From Candidatus Latescibacterota bacterium (GTDB taxonomy: Bacteria > Latescibacterota > UBA2968): a DNA stretch of 64,000 bases. The notes beneath the pieces were generated by a model that saw nothing but the letters and a program-made list of their open reading frames with translations, was not told the DNA's origin and ran no database searches. Within the stretch, counting starts at the first letter, position 1, and each line of letters begins with the position of its first letter. The stretch lies in the NCBI GenBank assembly GCA_965116885.1, contig OZ220741.1, positions 2,496,001 to 2,560,000 on the forward strand, given 5' to 3'. A program made the position numbers and the translations under genes. Shown here in pieces: positions 53,127 through 60,017 of the stretch.

Positions 53127-54536
53127 TTGTCTAAGGCACAGGTTGAACCCGGGGAGGCAGAACCGCTGTCTCCCCGGGCGGCTCGGCGCGTGTTGATTAG
53201 CCTGATGTTTTCGTCTATGCTGATGCCTATGGTGTCTGGCATGTCGCGGGTTGCATTGCCGGTTATTCGGGATGATTTTGGGATTCCCGCAGATTTGACG
53301 GCGTGGGTTCTGGCAGCTTTTATGCTGCCTTTTGTCGTTTTGATGCCGATTTATGGGCGTTTGAGCGATGGGGTTGACCGGCGGTTGTTGATTCTTTTGG
53401 GGACTGTGATTTTTGGCGTGGGTTCCGCGATGACGTTTATGGCGCCGAATATGCGCTGGTTGATGGCCGGGCGTGCGATTCAGGGGATTGGCGTGGGGGG
53501 GATGACGCCGATGGGTATGGCGCTGCTCGCGTCGATTTTTAGTGAGGGAGAGCGCGGGCGCGTTCTGGGTACGTGGAGTGCGGTGGGTCCGGCGATGAGT
53601 TTTTCGTCGTCGTTTGTCGCGGGTCTTCTCATTGCGCTTTGGGGGTGGCGCGCCGCTTTTGTGCCGGGGCTTTTGCTCAGTGTTGTGACTTTTGTCGCGA
53701 TTTACAGGGGGGTGCCTTCTCAGGTGATTGGTGAGGCGTCTAAATTTTTGCGGCAGTTTGATTGGGGTGGGGTCGGGTTGTTGTCGGGTGGGATTGTGTT
53801 TTTGATGTTTTATTTGTCCAGTCGGTCTGTGACGGGGGTTGCCCCGTTTGAGGATTGGCGGTTGCTTTTGGGCGCGGGGGTGTTTTTTGCGGGTTTCTGG
53901 TGGTGGGAGAGAGGGCGGAGAGATCCTTTTCTTCCGCTCAATTTTTTTGGCAATCGCATGTTTTGCCGGGTGACGTTTTGCGCTTCGATGCGGATGTTTG
54001 TGCAGGGCGGTATTGGGGTGTTGATGCCGCTGTATCTGGTCGATGTTCACCAGATGGGTCCGGCACTGTTGGGCGTGTTTTTGATTATTAGCTCTGCGGC
54101 GATGACGCTGATTGTGCGGTTCGGCGGGCAGATGTCCGATCGTTTTCAGAGTCGGTGGCTGGTGATGATTGGGATGTTTGTGCAGTTGACGGTGATGCTG
54201 GGCTTTGCCCATTTGTCCGATGCGATTTCGACATGGGTTATTGCTGGTCTGCTGGCGTATTATGGGCTTGGGGCAGGGTTGATGCTGGCTGCTTTGCACA
54301 GTACGGTTATGGGGACTGTCGATTCAGATCAGATGGGGGCTGCTGCAGGGCTTTATAGTATGCTGCGGTTTATGGGTATGGCGATCAGTACAGCCCTGAT
54401 CGGGGTGGTGTTGCAGTTTTTCTTCGATGCAAATTTATCTACTCTCGACGCGTATCAGAAGGTATTTATGGTGCTTGCGATATTTCCCGTTCTGGGGATG
54501 GTGGTGGCATTTGGATTGCGGGAAAAGAGGTTGTGA
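53127..54536 (+). CDS. MFS drug:H+ antiporter (DHA2, 14-TM)
   Basis: YGRLSDGVDRR, GRAIQGIG and FDWGG motifs. Confidence 0.9.
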   Translation: MSKAQVEPGEAEPLSPRAARRVLISLMFSSMLMPMVSGMSRVALPVIRDDFGIPADLTAWVLAAFMLPFVVLMPIYGRLSDGVDRRLLILLGTVIFGVGSAMTFMAPNMRWLMAGRAIQGIGVGGMTPMGMALLASIFSEGERGRVLGTWSAVGPAMSFSSSFVAGLLIALWGWRAAFVPGLLLSVVTFVAIYRGVPSQVIGEASKFLRQFDWGGVGLLSGGIVFLMFYLSSRSVTGVAPFEDWRLLLGAGVFFAGFWWWERGRRDPFLPLNFFGNRMFCRVTFCASMRMFVQGGIGVLMPLYLVDVHQMGPALLGVFLIISSAAMTLIVRFGGQMSDRFQSRWLVMIGMFVQLTVMLGFAHLSDAISTWVIAGLLAYYGLGAGLMLAALHSTVMGTVDSDQMGAAAGLYSMLRFMGMAISTALIGVVLQFFFDANLSTLDAYQKVFMVLAIFPVLGMVVAFGLREKRL

Positions 54537-54753
54537 TCACCGCTTGGGTATTTATCAATATTCTCTTAGATCCTACCTATAACCCTTTATTCTTTTTAAA
54601 ATCTGAAGCAGATCGGTCTTTTTTTAGGGAATTATATACAAAAGGGCCAGACAAATATTCCTATTAACGCGATTGACAAATGACCCGAACCTCACACATC
54701 CGTTTATACCATTATTTTGAAAATTCGCTTTCCAACTGATAGTCAAAAAATTT

Positions 54754-54919
54754 GGTAGTGCCTCATTTTGAAAATTCTCGGATGTTTTCTCTCTAAATGG
54801 GTGTCTCTTTTTCAATTTAAATTGGGGCGCGAGGCGCGAGAAACTCAAGAGTATAAAGAAAAGTGTCTCACTTTGAAATCCATCTGAAATCCGCAACGAA
54901 AATTTCAAAGTGAGACACT
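54754..54919 (+). repeat. Left end: five GTGTCTCAnTTTGAAA-like sites (fwd, fwd, rev, fwd, rev)
   Basis: Sites at 54754, 54797, 54829 (partial), 54862 and 54903; the last two form a perfect 18-bp inverted pair. Confidence 0.85.
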
Positions 54920-54938
54920 AAAAAAAGTTGAAAAAATT

Positions 54939-55193
54939 TTAGATGGACGAAATGCTTGAGTTTGGGACGCTATCGCCGAAACGAAATCTATTAAATTGTA
55001 ACTTGTCAAAGCGAGACAGTTGACGGTGCAATCCCAGTATCCCTTTGAAATAACACTCTGGCTTTAAGACGTTGCCATTTTCGTCTTTGCGATACACAAT
55101 AAACACGTCCTCGCGTGGACTACGCCTTGTAGCTGTAATTGTAGCGCAAGAGTAATCATCAGAAAATTCGAGTCGTACATTGGAAAATCCCAT
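54939..55193 (-). CDS. Small hypothetical protein (84 aa, MGFSNV…)
   Basis: ATG at 55193 after AAGGAG; upstream TTCCGT-17-TATAAT promoter (55277-55305). Confidence 0.6.
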   Translation of the reverse strand: MGFSNVRLEFSDDYSCATITATRRSPREDVFIVYRKDENGNVLKPECYFKGILGLHRQLSRFDKLQFNRFRFGDSVPNSSISSI

Positions 55194-55279
55194 GACTGTT
55201 CTCCTTACTTTGTGGTTGGAGCGGAATGGGATAGTGAGTGGGCGGTGGACAGACCGCCCACTCACGCTAAATTTTGATT
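55178..55279 (-). promoter_or_regulatory. Structured 5' leader, copy 1 (13-bp hairpin plus start-codon-sequestering stem)
   Basis: Direct repeat of 56379-56472; stem 55234-55246/55253-55265. Confidence 0.65.
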
Positions 55280-55396
55280 ATATTGGTAAAGATAGACAAA
55301 CGGAAGATTGCCTACAAGTTTTTCTCAATTCTAACAACAAATCCGTCTCGGAGTCATTGTGCCTTTTGGGGCGAGCGATTCAAAGAAAGGAAGTAA

Positions 55397-56167
55397 ATGA
55401 CACAATCTCGCATTATTGTAGAACCATCATGCAAATGGCGTCTGCAAGTAACTGAATTACAGGCATTATTAGAAAATGTAAGAGATGTTTTTGATGATCT
55501 ACTGGTTTGTCCGCCTGAATCTGGTATTATCGTGCGCTACTGTCCATCAGGTCCCAGAGTATTACACAAGCGGGCGGATGATGGATCGTATATTGTACTT
55601 CTTTTTGTATCGACTGATGGTTATGGTCAACCCATTTTTCAATTCGCTCATGAATACGGGCATATCCTCTCTAACTACCGATTTTATGGGCGTCACAAGA
55701 AACAGATTTGGTTTGAAGAATCAATATGTGCATTAGCATCTGCGTTTGCATTGAAAGGATTACAAACTAAATGGAATAACAGCGTGGACGATATGGCAAG
55801 AAATGTAAGGGCGTATCATGTGGGCGATTACTTTAAGTCCGCGTTTGGAGATATTTCTCGCCAATCAAATTTTGCACAATGGTACAGGAATAATAGAGAA
55901 GAACTTGAGAATATCGACTATCATCAGAGCGATAAAAAAGATATAGAACGTATTAGAAAGAAAAACGATATAGTGGCTATTGAGCTTCTTGATATTTTTG
56001 AAAAGTATCCCACTAAGTCGTGGAACGCCGTGCGCTACATGAATCAAGGTCACATAAGTATTGTGGACGAAAGCCTCACCCATTACTTAAACGACTGGCG
56101 TAAACGAACACCTGAACAGTGGCAATTTATAATAGGAAAAATTATGAAGCGATTTGAAATATCTTAA
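55397..56167 (+). CDS. HExxH zinc-metallopeptidase-like protein
   Basis: QFAHEYGHILS…WFEESIC (gluzincin-like HExxH plus downstream E). Confidence 0.7.
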   Translation: MTQSRIIVEPSCKWRLQVTELQALLENVRDVFDDLLVCPPESGIIVRYCPSGPRVLHKRADDGSYIVLLFVSTDGYGQPIFQFAHEYGHILSNYRFYGRHKKQIWFEESICALASAFALKGLQTKWNNSVDDMARNVRAYHVGDYFKSAFGDISRQSNFAQWYRNNREELENIDYHQSDKKDIERIRKKNDIVAIELLDIFEKYPTKSWNAVRYMNQGHISIVDESLTHYLNDWRKRTPEQWQFIIGKIMKRFEIS

Positions 56168-56190
56168 TCTGTTCACATTGGGCTTTCGCT

Positions 56191-56394
56191 CTAATTTCTG
56201 GCGGAATAAAGAAACTCGCGCAATACACTCAGAGGGTGAGTCTTAACCCAAACAGTTTCGGCATTGCCGTCATAGGTCGGAAACGTCTCGCCCTTAACAA
56301 TCATTAAATTCACCCTCCGGTCAGGTTTGTGTTCAGGGTTATAAATGCCAGGCTCCAGACACTTTTCGCCTGTTCTACCATTGGAAAATCCCAT
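56191..56394 (-). CDS. Small YjzC-like protein (67 aa, MGFSNG…)
   Basis: TGEKCLEPGIY…KGETFPT pattern; AGGAG RBS; paralog at 57400-57636. Confidence 0.65.
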   Translation of the reverse strand: MGFSNGRTGEKCLEPGIYNPEHKPDRRVNLMIVKGETFPTYDGNAETVWVKTHPLSVLREFLYSARN

Positions 56395-56472
56395 GACTAT
56401 CTCCTGCTATGGGGTTAATTGGGATAGTGTGTGGGTGGTGTCCCGACCGCCCACACACACTAAATTTTGATT
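56379..56472 (-). promoter_or_regulatory. Structured 5' leader, copy 2
   Basis: Direct repeat of 55178-55279 with a compensatory stem change; stem 56427-56439/56446-56458. Confidence 0.65.
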
Positions 56473-56543
56473 GTTGCTTTCTATAATTTACGATAGTCCG
56501 ATTTTAAAGTCCAGGTTCAAACTGAGACACTTGTACACAAAAA

Positions 56544-56582
56544 AGTCTGGCGAGCCATTTAATTAAAATGACCCGCCAGACT
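56544..56582 (-). terminator. Minus-strand intrinsic terminator; also the left direct repeat of the FRG gene
   Basis: AGTCTGGCGGGTCATTT-taatt-AAATGGCTCGCCAGACT plus T run (17-bp stem with two G-U pairs). Confidence 0.75.
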
Positions 56583-56610
56583 CAGCACAACACAATTTTG
56601 GGTTGACTTT

Positions 56611-57384
56611 ATGGAGAAAATAAAAATGAATAAAGAATTTTTTGATTGTTATTCGGAAGTGATTAAAAGCATTGTTGACTTATCGAAAAAACGATGTGGG
56701 GAAGGTTCTGGTATTGAAGTTCTTTATAGGGGAGAGCCTCAAAAGTATTCTTATATATCTTCTGGTTTGTATCGTTTTCTTTCGGATGTGTATAAGTGGG
56801 ACGAATTAGATTATGTGATGAAAAATCGTATTATAGTCAAGTCTGAAGAACTTATTGCACGGGATATTGTTTCTTTTGAAGGTATTGATGGGCATTATGT
56901 GGATATATGGCGGAATCAGGGGTATATGCCAACTCAATTAGTTAAATATTTTGCTGAAATTCAACATCTTGGCGGTATGACTAATTTGATAGATTTTACA
57001 AAGGATATTAACATAGCGTTGGTTTTTGCATGCAATACTCCTGATAGTTTGTTGGGTGACGAAGAAGGGGATGGACGTATCATAATTTATTATCATGACC
57101 GAAAAAACAGAAATGGAAATGATGTCCTTCATTTTCCCAAAAGTGGTTATGGTCACTTTCAATCGAGTATTTTGATTCGTCCTTTTGAAAATGGGATTCT
57201 TAAAGAAGATCAGGATTTTGTTGATATATTTGATATACCGTTTGAGAAAAAAGAGCCAATTTTGATAGCATTAAAAGAATACTATAATTTAACTGCTCGC
57301 TCTATTTATTCTGATTTGAATGGCTATATTCGGAATCAAAAGGGGTTTCTTAAAGTTGCTCTTTCAAATTTGGCGAATAAATAG
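56611..57384 (+). CDS. FRG domain protein
   Basis: LYRGE, SSGLYR and QHLGGMTNLIDFTKDINIALVFAC motifs; very AT-rich. Confidence 0.85.
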   Translation: MEKIKMNKEFFDCYSEVIKSIVDLSKKRCGEGSGIEVLYRGEPQKYSYISSGLYRFLSDVYKWDELDYVMKNRIIVKSEELIARDIVSFEGIDGHYVDIWRNQGYMPTQLVKYFAEIQHLGGMTNLIDFTKDINIALVFACNTPDSLLGDEEGDGRIIIYYHDRKNRNGNDVLHFPKSGYGHFQSSILIRPFENGILKEDQDFVDIFDIPFEKKEPILIALKEYYNLTARSIYSDLNGYIRNQKGFLKVALSNLANK

Positions 57385-57385
57385 A

Positions 57386-57419
57386 GGCGAACCATCCAAT
57401 TAAAATGACCCACCAGACT
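57386..57419 (+). repeat. Right 34-bp direct repeat of the FRG gene
   Basis: GGCGAACCATCCAATTAAAATGACCCACCAGACT versus 56549-56582 (30/34). Confidence 0.8.
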
Positions 57420-57636
57420 TCACGCCAATAAAACTGAGAACATAATCGCGTAACACGCGCAGATGTCCAGTCTGTTTCCAGTTAGTTTCGTTATTGCAAT
57501 TATAGGTCGGAAATACCTCGCCCTAAAAAATGATTAAATTTACGGTCTGGTCATGCCAGTGCTCAGGATTGTAAACCCCTGATACAAGGCACTTTTCGCC
57601 TTGACCATCAATTGTTTTCAGCGTGTTGCATCTCAT
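57400..57636 (-). pseudogene. Second YjzC-like gene with an in-frame TAG
   Basis: Manual translation GEKCLVSGVYNPEHWHDQTVNLIIF*GEVFPTY…LRVLRDY aligns with 56191-56394. TAG at 57523-57525 replaces AAG (Lys). The start position is uncertain. Confidence 0.75.
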
Positions 57637-57922
57637 TGATGAGGTCAATAAGATGCTCGGTTAATGTGTCAATGCGCCTGAATGCGTCATTTATCCGCAT
57701 GTTCGTTTGGTTTATGCGACTGTAAATTTGATGTATTCGCCTGTCCGTTTCGATTCGTGATTCGCACATTTGGTCTGTGATTAGCCTATTCATATTAAAC
57801 AAATGTTCTTTCATGTGCTCTTGCTCGTCAATGTGCTCTTGAATATGCTCATGAATGAACCTGTGCAGAATCTCTGACAAGCCATTGACCTCTGTTGTTG
57901 AGTGTATTTCGTGTATAGTCAT
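57608..57922 (-). CDS. Hypothetical coiled-coil protein
   Basis: Heptad-like RIETDRRIHQIYSRINQTNMRIND; GGGAGA RBS; upstream TTGCAT-17-TATCTT promoter. Confidence 0.6.
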   Translation of the reverse strand: MTIHEIHSTTEVNGLSEILHRFIHEHIQEHIDEQEHMKEHLFNMNRLITDQMCESRIETDRRIHQIYSRINQTNMRINDAFRRIDTLTEHLIDLINEMQHAENN

Positions 57923-58050
57923 TGTTCCTTCTCCCTTGCAATGAATATATAAGAATGTAGTTGTGCTGTTTGCAGGAGAAGATAGCGAAAACAGTATTGC
58001 GATGCAAGGGAAAAATTTGCGTAAGTTATTAAATTAAAATACTTTACAGC

Positions 58051-58201
58051 AGGTTTCTCACTTTGAAATTACAATCTAAAACTTTCAAAATGAGACACAA
58101 AAAGAAAAGAGTGCCTCGCATTTTACAATCATTTTGAAAGCGAGACACCCATGCAAATCTACGGCAAAAATGCTGATGAAATTTCAAACTGAGACTTTAC
58201 C
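58051..58201 (-). repeat. Right end: five sites mirroring the left end
   Basis: Sites at 58051, 58083, 58111 (partial), 58132 and 58182. Confidence 0.85.
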
Positions 58202-58208
58202 AAAAATT

Positions 58209-58949
58209 TTAACGAATCCGTATGATTGTTGCTCTAAAATCACAGGAACCCATTATACTCAACCTGGTTTGTAATAATGATAAATTTTCATCAAGTATCA
58301 CACCATTAGCTCCACGTCTTTTGGCATCCTCGCGCACAACTTCTAAAACTTCAAGAGGGGTAGAACGACGAATTACTTTAACAAAAATTTGTCCAATTTC
58401 TTCGTATTTCACGTTACTTGCACGATGTTCAAAAATTTTTACTTGCCCATCCCATTTCTCATACGTTTTTCCAGTCTCTAAAAACTCAATCTGAATATTA
58501 TTAGAAATAACACGTTTAGGCACAGTCTTAAAAACTCTCTTTGGAGATTCACTACCACCATCTCTAATATCTTTTAACCTATCTCTTATCCCATCAATAT
58601 CCCGCTTCATCTCCTCAATACTTACACGTACAGACCCAACAACCTGACCCAAATCATCCAGCCTTTTATTTTTTTTAATATTATTCCCTTTTAATTCAGA
58701 ATAATCTTCTTTGTCAATACCTGAATTTTTATTTTCTGAAACACCCTCATGAATCTCACGAACCTCACGCATTTCTAACCTGTAAACCTGATCGTACAAA
58801 GAATCAATTTTAACAGATAAAACATGCAACGAATCTTGTCCCTCACTATATAAATCATCCGTCCTAACAGATAATTGCTGTAAATTCAAATACAAAATCA
58901 CAGTAATTACAAAAAGTACAAACGTACATAACCATAACCCTTTGGACAT
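58209..58949 (-). CDS. Membrane-anchored coiled-coil hypothetical protein (passenger of the outer cassette)
   Basis: N-terminal TM, coiled coil and C-terminal AKRRGANGVIL (YbjQ-like) segment; GGAG RBS. Confidence 0.7.
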   Translation of the reverse strand: MSKGLWLCTFVLFVITVILYLNLQQLSVRTDDLYSEGQDSLHVLSVKIDSLYDQVYRLEMREVREIHEGVSENKNSGIDKEDYSELKGNNIKKNKRLDDLGQVVGSVRVSIEEMKRDIDGIRDRLKDIRDGGSESPKRVFKTVPKRVISNNIQIEFLETGKTYEKWDGQVKIFEHRASNVKYEEIGQIFVKVIRRSTPLEVLEVVREDAKRRGANGVILDENLSLLQTRLSIMGSCDFRATIIRIR

Positions 58950-59134
58950 ATAGATACTCCAGTCTAAAAAAATGAATATCTCATAAATACTGCATAGTTA
59001 CCATATTTAGTCCCGTCAAGAACACTCAAACTTTCCCTCGGCCCGTTTGTATATAATTCCCTTTTTTAAATGCAAGTTGTGAATGGGTACCATTTATATC
59101 GGTCAGAACCAAATTGCTGGACCTGATATTCATT

Positions 59135-59863
59135 TTACCACTCCCCTGATGTGTACTTAGTTTCCAATTCATTGAGTCCCATGAATTTCACACGTTTACG
59201 AATTTCGTGGAAAGTGTCCATTGAGATTTTGTCGGTAAAAATGTTTATCCGATGTTTTGGGGCAACAATGCTGAATTGTATATAAAAATCTTGCAGTTCG
59301 TTGAATTTAATCAACGAATTCTGCATATCCGTGGACATTTCAACTTCGAACATCGCTTCTGGCATCTTTCGTCGATTGAACCAGATAACATCCACGGTTT
59401 TGGCTTTACGCATAAAGTCTGGATAGCCAAAATTGGGTAGCTGCGTCGAATCGCATACATCGCCAAGTTTTTGATTACCGCCGAAGACTTGATTTTTGTC
59501 TTGAGCAGGGACATAGGTCTTGTAATCACGAGCCTTGCCGATTTCCACCAGCAAGCCCTGATAATGCGTGTGATTGCGTTTCTCCGCGTCACGCGGGATG
59601 TCGCCGCGTTGTGGGATTTTGTACTCTTTTTCAAATTCCTCGGCGCGTTCAGTAAGGCAATATAACCCCGGTTTGAGACGGTAAAAGTAGTCAGATTTTT
59701 CTTGCACAATGCGCCGAATGGTCGCCTCCGGTGTCTTGGTCTTCCAATTCACCCCAGCCCCGTTTGGCGGAAGAATATCGGAATTCAACTGTGATAATGT
59801 GGCGATACCACCCAGCCTTTTGAGTGCTTCTAAAACCTGCATCCACTGTGGAATACTTTTCAT
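59135..59863 (-). CDS. Winged-HTH (HARE-HTH-like) + PD-(D/E)XK restriction-endonuclease-like protein
   Basis: WKTKTPEATIRRIVQ…PGLY N-terminal domain; HTHYQGLLVEIG and VDVIWF…FEVEMST nuclease-like motif. Confidence 0.7.
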   Translation of the reverse strand: MKSIPQWMQVLEALKRLGGIATLSQLNSDILPPNGAGVNWKTKTPEATIRRIVQEKSDYFYRLKPGLYCLTERAEEFEKEYKIPQRGDIPRDAEKRNHTHYQGLLVEIGKARDYKTYVPAQDKNQVFGGNQKLGDVCDSTQLPNFGYPDFMRKAKTVDVIWFNRRKMPEAMFEVEMSTDMQNSLIKFNELQDFYIQFSIVAPKHRINIFTDKISMDTFHEIRKRVKFMGLNELETKYTSGEW

Positions 59864-60017
59864 CTATTTCCCCGTTTGGGCTTAGTCCTTTGGATTTGGA
59901 CTTGACCCGTTTTAGCGGACAACTTATCTCTTTCATGGATTCCACTAGACATAGGAGAGATCTCCTTTGCTGTAACAATGACTTCCATTTCTGAGCTCTC
60001 TAATTGATCTAACCTGT

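Larger units (their letters stand above)
54754..58201. mobile_element. Inner 3.45-kb non-autonomous element with multi-site inverted ends and an 8-bp TSD
   Basis: Ends GGTAGTGCCTCATTTTGAAA / GGTAAAGTCTCAGTTTGAAA (reverse complement, 16/20). Exact AAAAATTT at 54746-54753 and 58202-58209. Mirrored five-site arrays at both ends. Confidence 0.82.
54627..59061. mobile_element. Outer non-autonomous cassette with 22-bp TIRs (IS1595/ISNwi1-like ends), no transposase
   Basis: GGGAATTATATACAAAAGGGCC (54627-54648) versus the reverse complement of 59040-59061, GGGAATTATATACAAACGGGCC (21/22). Flanked by TTTTTTA at 54620-54626 and 59062-59068. Confidence 0.8.

Noticed and set aside
52947..54299. 450-aa antisense ORF (also 44775-46073, 48144-49256, 28877-29755)
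   Set aside because: These are shadow frames of well-supported plus-strand genes, with low-complexity H/Q/R/P composition caused by G/T skew.
54624..54908. 94-aa ORF (FQSETL/FQNEAL repeats)
   Set aside because: It is a translation of the end-repeat array and crosses both element boundaries, so it is unlikely to be a gene.
56544..57419. Classical integron attC cassette
   Set aside because: No RYYYAAC/GTTRRRY core sites and no IntI gene in the window; reported only as a direct-repeat-flanked gene.
57523..57525. Pyrrolysine recoding of the TAG
   Set aside because: No pyl genes in the window, and other genes here end normally at TAG.
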